This document shows positions 9,815 to 19,826 of a DNA stretch of 64,000 bases, piece after piece; position 1 is the stretch's first letter, and every line of letters begins with the position of its first letter. The notes below the pieces were generated by a model, which searched no databases, was not told the DNA's origin, and saw nothing but the letters and a program-made list of their open reading frames with translations. The position numbers were made by a program, and so were the translations under genes. Where the stretch lies: assembly GCA_033286805.1 (NCBI GenBank), contig GCA_033286805.1_4727.1; one strand, given 5' to 3'. The DNA is from a phage.

Positions 9815-12808
9815 ATGAGCGTAACCAACAAAGATCTTGCTGAACAGCTCAATCGCTATATGCTTTCACCTATTGAAATGCAGGCTGTTGCAAGCGATAT
9901 GATCCGTTTGGCTTCTGATGGTGAATTAACCCTGGTTGACCCCAGCTGTCCGTTTGTTTATCTGCTGGAGGTTGCAACGGCGACGGCGGCGAACCAGAAC
10001 GCACGGGATGAGTCCCGTGTTCGCGAACTGTATCCAAAACTTGCAACGAACTGGAACCAGCTCTATCGTTGGATGTATGATGAGTCGTACGTCGGACGTT
10101 TCGCAATGCCGGGTAAAACGGAAATCATTTATTCGTTAGGGTATCAGGAAATCCTCGATCGTGCGGTAGAGATTCCCAACACCATCGCCTCCGATGATTT
10201 AAGCCGTTCTTACAGCCGTAAGTTAGTGATACCGCGTACGACGGCGTTTACGGTGGCCGGGATGGATTTCGGGTTGCATTATCCCATCGAAATCCAAGTG
10301 CAAGCGCACGACCAGATACGCGTCGTTTATAACACTGATAACATCAGCCCATTGCAAACCTTGGAGAGTAACCAAGTTGAGTACGGGGTCGTTCGTGTAA
10401 AAGCGGGTAAAGTGTTGGTTATGCGTATCCCGCTGTTCCAGTTTAAAACACTGGTAAAAGATGTGCCGTTTAACAGCGTTCATGGGATGAACAGCAGCAT
10501 TACCTTCGAAGATCAGTTTTACCATTGTCGTGCATACATGTCGTCGGATAACGATACCTGGACGGAGATAGCGACAACACACAGTCAGCAGATTTACGAT
10601 CCGTTAACACCAACCATCGCGTTACAAGTAGAAGGGAACAAACTTAACTGGCGTGTTCCTGAAATTTATTTGTCTCAAGGTACGATGGATAAAAGCACCA
10701 TTCGACTTGAGGTGTTGACGACGAAAGGGAAAATCAGCGTCGACCCGTCTGATTACGACGTGACCGATTGGAAAGATAACTACATCGATCTGTCGCCAAA
10801 AGCCGAACAGAAATACAGTGCGCCGCTAAGTGCATTCAACATTAAAGGGATTTATAGCGAAGGGGCATTGTCGGGTGGACGATCTGCGTTAACGTTCGAG
10901 GAACAACGTGAACGTGTTATGGCGGGTGTGAACAAAACCAAGGTACCAATCACAGGAACGCAGGTCGAGCTGGTGCTTCAAGATGCGGGCTATGGGATGG
11001 TGACCACCATCGACAACGTAACTAATCGTTCGTTCCTGGCAACCCGAGATTTACCGCAATTGAGCGACAGCGTGCCGCAAGCCGGTTCGTTGATGGGGTC
11101 TTTCTATACGTCAGCCGCAGCATTGGTGAAAAGTAAGTTTGTCGCCGATAACGGCGATCGTATTACGATTAAACCTGATTGCTTGTATCGTGACAGTAAC
11201 GGAAGTATCGCGCTGTTGTCAGACGATGAAATTGACCGTATTAATGCAGGCAACTCCGATGCGAAGTTGAATGCGGTAAACAACGCCATGTTGTTCTACA
11301 GTCCGTTTCATTACGTATTAGATGCAACAAGCGATTTCGACATCCATGCTTATTACCTGGATGCCCCTAAGATCGGCACGCAAGCATTCCTCGACGCGAA
11401 CGAGACGATCCCGTTAACCGCTATGGTGACCGGATACCGTCTGGATCGTATCGCTGAAGGATATCGTCTAAGCCTCATTGTAGAAGGTAACGACGCATGG
11501 AAGGCGCTCGACGATAAAAACGTGCATATCCAGCTGGGGTTCAATCCGCGGGGTGAGGGTGATTATGCGACGATGCTAGCATCACCGACAACCGATGAAC
11601 AAGGTCGTCGTTTGTTCACCTTCGATATCACCACGAATTATGATTTTACGCGAATCCTGGCTGATGATTCCACGGCGTATGAACCGTATATCGCATTGAC
11701 GTCGTTCTCGATGTATGAATCAACACCGCGGGATTATTGGGCATCACTGCAGCAGTATTTGGAAATCTTCCATGTGGTGACGGATTACGCACCGGAAGAT
11801 GTCGACGGTATTTTACACAGTGCTTCCGATAATTACCTGGTTAAGAAACTCACGCTTCAAAATGGGTATTGTTTCTACCGTGAACGTCTCACCGCAACCT
11901 TTGGTTACGATCTGGACGGTCTTTGGATGCGCTCACGTACGGTGGCCTCGGAGATTACGTATAAACGTTACACCGAGAACATCCCGTGGGTGTATGACGA
12001 AGATATTCCAGCGACGGATGAGACCGGTTCGGTTATCATCGAACAAGGTGATGATGGTACGTTGTCGGTTAAATACCTGCATCGTAAAGGAGACCCGAAA
12101 TTAAACAGTGATGGAAGCCAAGCCTATCGTTATCTGAAAGGCGACATCATGAAAGATAATTACGGTAATCCGATCCCCGTTGATGAACGTGAGGTTCTGC
12201 GTAACCTGGACATGTTCTTTATCGATGCGTCGTATCTGCTCGCGAACGATACGGACGTGATTGACTATCGTAATGCGATTCCTACGCAGCTTATTGAGTG
12301 GATCCAGAACGATATCAGCACGTTCAGGAATTTCTGTTATGAGGAAACAGAGATTTCATTGTATCCTAAGCAATCGCTGGGGTATGTGGATGTTATTGTG
12401 GAAAACGGATTGGAAACAACGCTTCCTGCTGCCTTATCGTTCAACGTGACGCTTTACTTACCGGCTAAGCAGTACGCAGACTTGGATTTACGTCAAGTCC
12501 TTCAAGCGATGGTATCGAAAGTCATCAATGAATGCTTAACATCACGTACAGTGGCTAAAGCAGAAATGATCGCGATGATTCGTGAGGAGGGCGGTGACGA
12601 CATCCTTAACGTTGAAATCGATGATTTTGGACCAGGTAAGAACCTCAGTGTTTATACCGCGAAGAACGACGGTGTTCGTTGTGCGGTGAAGAAAGAGCTA
12701 TATGTGAAAGCGGATGGTATCTTGTCCGTACGCGAAGCGATTGATGTGAGTTTTGTGAAACACGCACAAAGCAACAGTTCAGCGCTAGCGCAAGGCCTTC
12801 GTGTCTAA
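9815..12808 (+). CDS. large hypothetical protein (997 aa), possibly structural
   Basis: Long ORF starting 4 nt after the upstream stop. Confidence 0.7.
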   Translation: MSVTNKDLAEQLNRYMLSPIEMQAVASDMIRLASDGELTLVDPSCPFVYLLEVATATAANQNARDESRVRELYPKLATNWNQLYRWMYDESYVGRFAMPGKTEIIYSLGYQEILDRAVEIPNTIASDDLSRSYSRKLVIPRTTAFTVAGMDFGLHYPIEIQVQAHDQIRVVYNTDNISPLQTLESNQVEYGVVRVKAGKVLVMRIPLFQFKTLVKDVPFNSVHGMNSSITFEDQFYHCRAYMSSDNDTWTEIATTHSQQIYDPLTPTIALQVEGNKLNWRVPEIYLSQGTMDKSTIRLEVLTTKGKISVDPSDYDVTDWKDNYIDLSPKAEQKYSAPLSAFNIKGIYSEGALSGGRSALTFEEQRERVMAGVNKTKVPITGTQVELVLQDAGYGMVTTIDNVTNRSFLATRDLPQLSDSVPQAGSLMGSFYTSAAALVKSKFVADNGDRITIKPDCLYRDSNGSIALLSDDEIDRINAGNSDAKLNAVNNAMLFYSPFHYVLDATSDFDIHAYYLDAPKIGTQAFLDANETIPLTAMVTGYRLDRIAEGYRLSLIVEGNDAWKALDDKNVHIQLGFNPRGEGDYATMLASPTTDEQGRRLFTFDITTNYDFTRILADDSTAYEPYIALTSFSMYESTPRDYWASLQQYLEIFHVVTDYAPEDVDGILHSASDNYLVKKLTLQNGYCFYRERLTATFGYDLDGLWMRSRTVASEITYKRYTENIPWVYDEDIPATDETGSVIIEQGDDGTLSVKYLHRKGDPKLNSDGSQAYRYLKGDIMKDNYGNPIPVDEREVLRNLDMFFIDASYLLANDTDVIDYRNAIPTQLIEWIQNDISTFRNFCYEETEISLYPKQSLGYVDVIVENGLETTLPAALSFNVTLYLPAKQYADLDLRQVLQAMVSKVINECLTSRTVAKAEMIAMIREEGGDDILNVEIDDFGPGKNLSVYTAKNDGVRCAVKKELYVKADGILSVREAIDVSFVKHAQSNSSALAQGLRV

Positions 12809-12830
12809 AACAAAAATAGCATGAGCATAA

Positions 12831-12862
12831 CCCTCCTCCAACCCGTCAGGGAAGGAGGAGGG
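12831..12862. terminator. hairpin element CCCTCCTCC-AACCCGTCAGGGAA-GGAGGAGGG (bidirectional)
   Basis: Perfect stem between convergent genes (plus gene ends 12808, minus gene ends 12872). Confidence 0.7.
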
Positions 12863-12871
12863 AATATGTTG

Positions 12872-15800
12872 TTATCTTACGTTACTGCTATTCTGCTGTT
12901 CGCTGAACCAACCGTACACCTTGAGATCGGTACCATATCTCAGTGCGATATACGCATTCAGCGCAGCACAGAACAAAGACGCGAATGCCCATATCAGCGA
13001 AGGATCAACATCTTCCGTTACCACTGGGAGAGTATTATCCGGTTCCCATGATGGAGAACTGTCCATGAACGTCGTGTACCATTCCCGCCGTTGTTCTTCA
13101 GTGGTAAAGTCGCTATGGGGTTCCAATGCTTCTTTTGCCAGACGTCGATATTCGAACATATGCGTTGCTAAAGCCGATGAGTTACCAGATTCGCCTTCAT
13201 AGTTCGGATCCACCGCATAACAGAGTTCTGTGGAATCTAACAAAGCGACCGCCTGTGTGATGCTGTCGGCAGTGCCTGCACCATAGAGCTCGATAGACCG
13301 CGAGAGCTTCTCACAGAACGCATTTAACGCGGCAGGATTGGACACCTGAAGGTCAAGGCCTAATGTCCACGGATAGTTACTGAATACACCCGTAAACCGC
13401 GGCATAACACCCAACAGATGTTGTCCGATTACAGCACGGTTATAAACAGCCCGGTTATAGACTTGAAACGCAGCCTCCAGGGCTTGGTTATAATGACGAC
13501 GAAGTTCATCACGCGTGTTGCGGAACCTGTTTGCCGCGAGACTTGTGGCTGCAACGCTACAAACATCGTAATTGGTGGACGAGAGCACAACCTCGTTAAG
13601 ATCGAACGATTCCTGTTTCAATGTTCCGCTAACAGCTGCCGCTTCGCTGTTCGCTTTATCGACAACTGTACTCAAAGCGTTGATGTAACGTTTAGCTCGG
13701 ACCTCCAACCATTGTGCGATGCCGAGAATATCCACCGCAGCTTTAGCAAGATCGCGTGCATTCACGATTTCGTTCTTCAACGCCCCTAAACCTTTATTTT
13801 CAGGCGATGAGGCTTGTTGACGAATCATGCTGTTCAACATGGTAAGCAGATTATCCAACTCATGTCCGCTGACCTTGTTACGCGCATCGGTAATCGGCCC
13901 TTGCAGGAATTTACGGCAACCATCGTTGTATCGAATCAGTTTATCCACATCGATAGATTCGTTCGTAGATTCCTTGAACTGATCCTTCAATTCTTCACGG
14001 TAGTCGTGGATTTCACTTGCGAGATTATCGATAGTGATACCGTCATGTCCAAGAAGAACTTTATTGAAGTTACCTTTCTCGAATGCCAGAGCAAGACCTT
14101 CACGAATCTTAGCGAGTTTATCCTGATCGAGTTCACGACCGTTCGATAGCTCTTTCACTTCCGAGCTGATTAATGCCGAAACGTTACCCAGATTGTCGGT
14201 AACTCCTTTGAACGCTCCCGACCAAATCGTTCCTACTTCAGCATATTTCGCAATGGTCTGAATACCGACGGTGTGTAGCGACGCTAAACGTTTCTTCGTG
14301 CCTTCGGTAAGCAGAGCGTCTTTAGCTCGCGTAAGCTGACTGTTATTAGCTTCCGCCTGCTGAATCGCTGCTTTCGCACTTCCATTACGCCAGCTCTTAA
14401 CCAGCCAATCAACCAAACGTTTTAGGATATTGACGGTGTATTCCATTGTCCGCCGTAACGTTTCCCACGCGCTTTCTGCGGTATAGATGCCGTACCCTTC
14501 CATCTTCAACGCTTTCAAGCTTGTTTGACGTGCCAACCATTCTACCGTTGCAGAGCAAACGTTTACTAATGCTTCCAGGTAGTTGTAATAGACGTCTGTT
14601 GCAGTTGTTTCGTTGAACTTTGAATGCAGATAGAACTGATCGTAAAGTTCGTCGTCATCGCCGAAGGCATCATAGTTCCACAGTTCTGTATCACAACCTG
14701 TACCGCAGAAGACGTCAGCTGTCGTAAACTCTTTAAGCGCTTTAGCTGCGTCATTTGTCAGGAATTTACCTGTTTCAACTACATCGTCAACATTAAGCTT
14801 GGGGAGTTCGTCGGTGACTGGCTCTTCCAACATCAGCATATTGAAGAATGTGCTGTACTTGTATCCGAGCCATTTTGGATAACTGCTTTCAGGGATCGTA
14901 GACAGCGGCTTGATTTTCTTGGCTTCAGCCAATGTGTCTTTTGCGACCTGATATTGGTTTTCCCCAGCCTTGACGCGACGTAATGCTTTTTCTTCCAACT
15001 GCTTAAGCTTGGCATGGCGTGCTTGTGCTGGAGCTTCAACAAGTTTTTGTACCGACCGCATTGCAGAAATCGCTTCTTTTAATACGATCATCGGCATACG
15101 AACTTTACCGTCGTCGAAACTAAGAGCGCGAGCGACACGTTTACTTACGACCGGCTTATCATGGATATTTCGTTCCACCCACGATTTGTTTGCGTAAGTT
15201 TGAGCGATCTGCTGTTGGATATTTTCAAGGTATTTCCAGCTGCTGGATGCTTTATTATCCAAAAGCGGATTCGGTCCCTTCTTATCGAAAAGTTTCAGAA
15301 TCGGACCAAAGAAACCTTCCTGTACGAGTTCGATACGCGTGTATCCGTCAGCCGCTTCGATTTCTTCTTGGGTTTTGTCCCAGAGCTGTTCACTACGGAC
15401 AGCAGTAGCTGTTTCAGATACCGACATAACAAGCTCGGCAACAACTTCAGCGCAGGTCAGTACGGTACGCACGCATTGCAGTAGCATACGCTGGTAAACG
15501 ATACGGGCGTTTTGTAAACGTGCGATAACCGCTAAATAACCGATATTGTCAAGACGTTCGTCGGCTTGAGCAGAGTCAACACGTTCTATCAGTTGTTTAA
15601 CCAGCGCGGCTGTTTCCGGATAATCGTTCACGACGTCACGCATAATTCGTGATGCGAAAACCGCGGTACCTAAAACAGTGAGGAGTGTTTTACTATCCCA
15701 TTCTTTTGGTGTCGCTACCGATTCAGTAGGGATGAGATTTCCCGCCTGGTCGAAGTACGGCATAAGGACATTGATATCAGTAGACGGAACAGCAGTAATT

Positions 15801-16477
15801 GCGTTATACTCTTCATCCGCACCATCGTTGCCAGACGGCTGTAATGCAAGTGCTTGTTCAAGGATTTTGCGGTCAGCGGCATAAAGCGCCGACAGAGCTT
15901 GCGTTGCCGCAACCAAATCAACGATCGGCGACCAGAGCTGTGCGAGCTTACCTTCGTATTTCCGTACAGCGATAGCAAGGTCTTCTTTTACGTCTGGATG
16001 ATTGATTAAACCACCCAATGTTTCATGGATGGCAGAAAAACGTTCGGAATGTGCTTGTGTCAACGCGGTAAAATCGTCAACGTACGACGCATTTTCTTCA
16101 AGGCGTGTAAGTTCCTGCTCCAGGAGATCTTTTACTTGCGTAGCAGATGCGTTTCTCAACTGTTCACCGATAATCGCGATGGCTTTATCGACAACGCGAC
16201 AAGCTTCATTGAAGCCGGTTGTTGAAGGTAACTCGGTCCATAATGCCAGCGGCTTACCTTCCATTGCGTCAGGAAGGGAATATGACAACATTGCTAGTTG
16301 TTGACGTGATACCTGTTTGTCACGATGTAATGTTTCTTTCAACGCCAGAAGCTCATCAAGACCCACACTGCTAGGGATCGTGGGATGTGATACAGCGTTG
16401 ATGTTTTCTGCTAATGACTCAAGAACCAATAAACCATTTTCAGCGGAAGATAACCCTGCTTTAAGGTATTTGTTCAT
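12872..16477 (-). CDS. large putative virion/internal protein (1201 aa), paralog family
   Basis: ATG with GGAG SD; contains RIELVQEGFFGPILKLF, related to the motif in the 430-aa paralogs. Confidence 0.7.
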   Translation of the reverse strand: MNKYLKAGLSSAENGLLVLESLAENINAVSHPTIPSSVGLDELLALKETLHRDKQVSRQQLAMLSYSLPDAMEGKPLALWTELPSTTGFNEACRVVDKAIAIIGEQLRNASATQVKDLLEQELTRLEENASYVDDFTALTQAHSERFSAIHETLGGLINHPDVKEDLAIAVRKYEGKLAQLWSPIVDLVAATQALSALYAADRKILEQALALQPSGNDGADEEYNAITAVPSTDINVLMPYFDQAGNLIPTESVATPKEWDSKTLLTVLGTAVFASRIMRDVVNDYPETAALVKQLIERVDSAQADERLDNIGYLAVIARLQNARIVYQRMLLQCVRTVLTCAEVVAELVMSVSETATAVRSEQLWDKTQEEIEAADGYTRIELVQEGFFGPILKLFDKKGPNPLLDNKASSSWKYLENIQQQIAQTYANKSWVERNIHDKPVVSKRVARALSFDDGKVRMPMIVLKEAISAMRSVQKLVEAPAQARHAKLKQLEEKALRRVKAGENQYQVAKDTLAEAKKIKPLSTIPESSYPKWLGYKYSTFFNMLMLEEPVTDELPKLNVDDVVETGKFLTNDAAKALKEFTTADVFCGTGCDTELWNYDAFGDDDELYDQFYLHSKFNETTATDVYYNYLEALVNVCSATVEWLARQTSLKALKMEGYGIYTAESAWETLRRTMEYTVNILKRLVDWLVKSWRNGSAKAAIQQAEANNSQLTRAKDALLTEGTKKRLASLHTVGIQTIAKYAEVGTIWSGAFKGVTDNLGNVSALISSEVKELSNGRELDQDKLAKIREGLALAFEKGNFNKVLLGHDGITIDNLASEIHDYREELKDQFKESTNESIDVDKLIRYNDGCRKFLQGPITDARNKVSGHELDNLLTMLNSMIRQQASSPENKGLGALKNEIVNARDLAKAAVDILGIAQWLEVRAKRYINALSTVVDKANSEAAAVSGTLKQESFDLNEVVLSSTNYDVCSVAATSLAANRFRNTRDELRRHYNQALEAAFQVYNRAVYNRAVIGQHLLGVMPRFTGVFSNYPWTLGLDLQVSNPAALNAFCEKLSRSIELYGAGTADSITQAVALLDSTELCYAVDPNYEGESGNSSALATHMFEYRRLAKEALEPHSDFTTEEQRREWYTTFMDSSPSWEPDNTLPVVTEDVDPSLIWAFASLFCAALNAYIALRYGTDLKVYGWFSEQQNSSNVR

Positions 16478-16492
16478 AAAACACTCCGTTGA

Positions 16493-16523
16493 CCTAGGTG
16501 GAGGCCAATAACCTCCACCTAGG
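16493..16523. terminator. hairpin CCTAGGTGGAGG-CCAATAA-CCTCCACCTAGG
   Basis: Perfect 12-bp stem between the 16559 gene end and the 16477 gene start. Confidence 0.6.
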
Positions 16524-16558
16524 GTTGAACAACGCGTACGGTTATACGGTACGCACGA

Positions 16559-19357
16559 TTACGCTAATTTACCGAAACCGGCTTTCTGTAGTTTCTCGTT
16601 GATCAGTTTTGCTTCCGCGAAAACATAATCACGATACGCGGTCACTAACCCGTCCACCCGTGAACGCAAGGCTTCTTCGAAGCTATACCACGCAGCGATT
16701 TCACGAATCTGTGCGTTGATATAATCAACGGTTGAGCGAAGCTCGGTTGCGTTTTCTTGCGGGATGGCTTTCACCTGGCGAGCAACGTCATTTAAACGAC
16801 GGAACTGTGTTTCGATTTCTTTAAACTTACTGTCGGCAAGTTTGCTGAATTCGTCACCAGAACGGGTAAATAACAGATAGCTGTTGCCGTCAAGTGCGGT
16901 CGCTAACTGCTGAAGTACGTTGGTGTCCGGATACACAGGAGTACCGCTTTGCAATACTTTCTCACCGAATTCCGCGAAGTCCTTCGGCGGTAAGTGCGCA
17001 GACGTTGTCAATTCGTTGAAACGGAAAGTCAGCGAATTATCATACAGCATCCGGTACGCTTCCATACCCTGTTTCATGGTACCGGCCAGGTTAGCCAGAC
17101 GCGGAGCAATCTCACCCTCTTTAGCGCGTTTCTGATCTTCTAACGCCCCTTCCAGTTCTTTACATTGGTCGTTCAGATACACGATACGATCGGGACGCAG
17201 ACGACGCATCTCACGAAGAATAGTATCCAGCTTGCCTTCCTGGAAATAACCTAACGTTAAAGACGTACACGCTTGCTGAAGACGATCGAAGACCGGTAAA
17301 GTCACCATCTCCTTACGGATACCATCAACAATCGCAGAGACAGCCGAAAGTTTCTGTTCTGTCGTTAATGGAACATCAGAGGCCGACTTGCTGGGTGCAC
17401 CAACAACGTTACGCATTGCGTCGGTATCCTCGGTTTTATCAACCTCTTTACGAACATGCTCATCAGGAACATAAACGTTAGCATTACGTTTCGCCTGCTT
17501 GATGGCGTCGTTGGCCGCTTTTTCGGTGGCTGCTACGCTATCAGCACGTTTCTTCAAGAGTTCAATAATCCAGAGCAACAGACGACGAATCGCAGTATAG
17601 GCCGTCGTGATGATGACACCGATAACAGCCATCTTCATGATACCGAACGATTCCATGGTCGGCTCTAATGCCTGGTCTGGCATATACCGTTCACGCAGTT
17701 CCAGATAGATCTGCTCATCTGGTTTGCTGACCTCACCACGATGCGAAGTACGATAGATGGCTTCGTCAATCTCAACAAGATCTTTGCGGGCCTGACGGTC
17801 TGTTTCGGTCAGATAAGCGCAGCCAGATACGTCGTCTTCAAAACTTTCGAACTTAAAGAAATCGACAACCATCTGGGCAAGCATCTCCTTCTTAGCAGGA
17901 TCGAGTGTCTTCGCATCTTCTTTTTGCTTAGCCGCTGCTTTATCGAATTTCTCTTTGTAATCATTCAGGGGTTTCACTGCTCTTGCTTTCAGTGCCTGAT
18001 AAATGATTTTCCAATCATCGTCACGTTCGAGGATGATGAAATGGTTTTTGAGTTCGAAAGCGCGATAGCGTGCAACGAGCTGTTCCACCTGAATGTGGGC
18101 GAGTTGGATATCCATTAGCCAACGGGACATCGCTGAAATCAAACGACTAAAAGCAAACAGCGCTTGATACGCGAGTTTCATATGCGTCTCGTACAGCTCT
18201 ATATCGCCGCTCCGGATATCGGCTGTTGGATTCATTTCTTTCGTTGCTTTGAAGATCTGCTCTGCTTCTTTCAGCGTCTTTTCGAACTTAACGTCATTAA
18301 ACGCGGTGAATGGTTCAGCGAGCTCATGCATTTTATCATGGAGTTCACGAACCCAAGCTTCCTTGTTGTTGCGGATGACGCTTCCATCGTGAAGTTCGGT
18401 TTGGTGTTTCTGTACCCATTCTTCGACGATATCTGCTGCGGCGACAACACCGACGTTTTTACCAACGAGAGGAACAATGGCTTCAAGTGTGCCGCGTCGG
18501 ACACCCCATAACCGATTTACCGAATCGTAGAATTCTCTGATCTCGGCTATATGTGGAACAATATTTAAGAAGGTGTTCCCGTTATGGCTCATCGATGAAG
18601 CCATTTCCGAGAATTGCTGGAACTTAATGACGACATCAGGGATCGTGTCCATCAGCCATTCTGCAGTATACTTCGCTTTCTCTTTCAGATTTTTGTCAGC
18701 GATTTCTTTAAGGTTAATCGCGCTACCGTATCCTGCAAGTTCGTTGTAGACGTCGTTAACCGTCATCTCTTTATCCAGCATTTCTTTAAAACGTGGATAA
18801 TCTGCACCTAACGCATCGATGACTTCTTGGATGATGTCGTCTGTGGTGGCGATAAATTTATTCGTACCCCCGTAATGTTTCCAGATTTTCTGTAGCGTCT
18901 TCTTAAAGAATTCGAAGACGAATGTCCAGATACGCTTAATGAGTTCCCAGACTTTCTTCGCACCATCGACAAACAGTTTAGAGACCTTGGCAACGAATCC
19001 TTCCTGTACCAACTCAACGCCGTTACGTGATGGGATTTCGGTGAAGAAAGCATCCGGTAGTTGTTTCGGGAACGCATCACCAAGTCGCATACGCAATTCG
19101 GGTACATCGGCACGAGAAATACCACGCGTCGTTAGCTGCTCGTGAAGACGAACGTTTTCTTCACCAGAGGCTACGAATTCGTTAACGTCAAATGAAACCA
19201 GTTCTTGATCTTCGGTGGTAACGACGCTTGAACCGTCACTGGTTTGGATGTCTTCGTCAGGGAATGCCATGAGCATACCGTGACGCATTTCAACCACTCC
19301 GTAATCGGTTGCTAAACCGAATTCGTTGTGGTCTGGGGTAATAACTGGGATACTCAT
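16559..19357 (-). CDS. large putative virion/internal protein (932 aa), paralog family
   Basis: ATG with AAGGAG SD; contains GVELVQEGFVAKVSKLF. Confidence 0.7.
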   Translation of the reverse strand: MSIPVITPDHNEFGLATDYGVVEMRHGMLMAFPDEDIQTSDGSSVVTTEDQELVSFDVNEFVASGEENVRLHEQLTTRGISRADVPELRMRLGDAFPKQLPDAFFTEIPSRNGVELVQEGFVAKVSKLFVDGAKKVWELIKRIWTFVFEFFKKTLQKIWKHYGGTNKFIATTDDIIQEVIDALGADYPRFKEMLDKEMTVNDVYNELAGYGSAINLKEIADKNLKEKAKYTAEWLMDTIPDVVIKFQQFSEMASSMSHNGNTFLNIVPHIAEIREFYDSVNRLWGVRRGTLEAIVPLVGKNVGVVAAADIVEEWVQKHQTELHDGSVIRNNKEAWVRELHDKMHELAEPFTAFNDVKFEKTLKEAEQIFKATKEMNPTADIRSGDIELYETHMKLAYQALFAFSRLISAMSRWLMDIQLAHIQVEQLVARYRAFELKNHFIILERDDDWKIIYQALKARAVKPLNDYKEKFDKAAAKQKEDAKTLDPAKKEMLAQMVVDFFKFESFEDDVSGCAYLTETDRQARKDLVEIDEAIYRTSHRGEVSKPDEQIYLELRERYMPDQALEPTMESFGIMKMAVIGVIITTAYTAIRRLLLWIIELLKKRADSVAATEKAANDAIKQAKRNANVYVPDEHVRKEVDKTEDTDAMRNVVGAPSKSASDVPLTTEQKLSAVSAIVDGIRKEMVTLPVFDRLQQACTSLTLGYFQEGKLDTILREMRRLRPDRIVYLNDQCKELEGALEDQKRAKEGEIAPRLANLAGTMKQGMEAYRMLYDNSLTFRFNELTTSAHLPPKDFAEFGEKVLQSGTPVYPDTNVLQQLATALDGNSYLLFTRSGDEFSKLADSKFKEIETQFRRLNDVARQVKAIPQENATELRSTVDYINAQIREIAAWYSFEEALRSRVDGLVTAYRDYVFAEAKLINEKLQKAGFGKLA

Positions 19358-19794
19358 GCATTCTCTCCTTGCAGTGCGTTAGCGAAAGCCGTTGCGAGTT
19401 GCGCAACCAGTTTCGGATCAACACCTTCGATAACGTCAGGCAGCCCTGCGGTTTCCTGGTCACGAACGGCGGAGGCTAATAACAGCATGGTTTCAGGCGC
19501 GGTTGGCTCATGCACCATGCGGTAACGCAGGCACCAGAAGTAGCGAGCAACGTCTAACGCATCAGCCAGCCCGATAACCAGCACCTTGTTCAGCTTATCC
19601 AACCCTTCACGGATTTTAGGGAGATGTTCACGAACGAAGATGCTGTCCGCAGTCAGATCTTCTTTTTCAGCGAATACCGGCATGCTGTAACCGGCGATGT
19701 AACCAGCGGCAATACTTAATGCGCGGGTCTGTTGTTCGGCTGGGAAGTCACGTACCAGGTCTTTCAGCTGAACGGCGAAATCAGAAATATTCAT
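19354..19794 (-). CDS. hypothetical protein
   Basis: 146-aa ORF, AAAGGAA SD; stop overlaps the downstream start (ATGA). Confidence 0.6.
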   Translation of the reverse strand: MNISDFAVQLKDLVRDFPAEQQTRALSIAAGYIAGYSMPVFAEKEDLTADSIFVREHLPKIREGLDKLNKVLVIGLADALDVARYFWCLRYRMVHEPTAPETMLLLASAVRDQETAGLPDVIEGVDPKLVAQLATAFANALQGENA

Positions 19795-19826
19795 GTTAAA
19801 TTCCTTTATAGTAAAAATAGAAGAGA

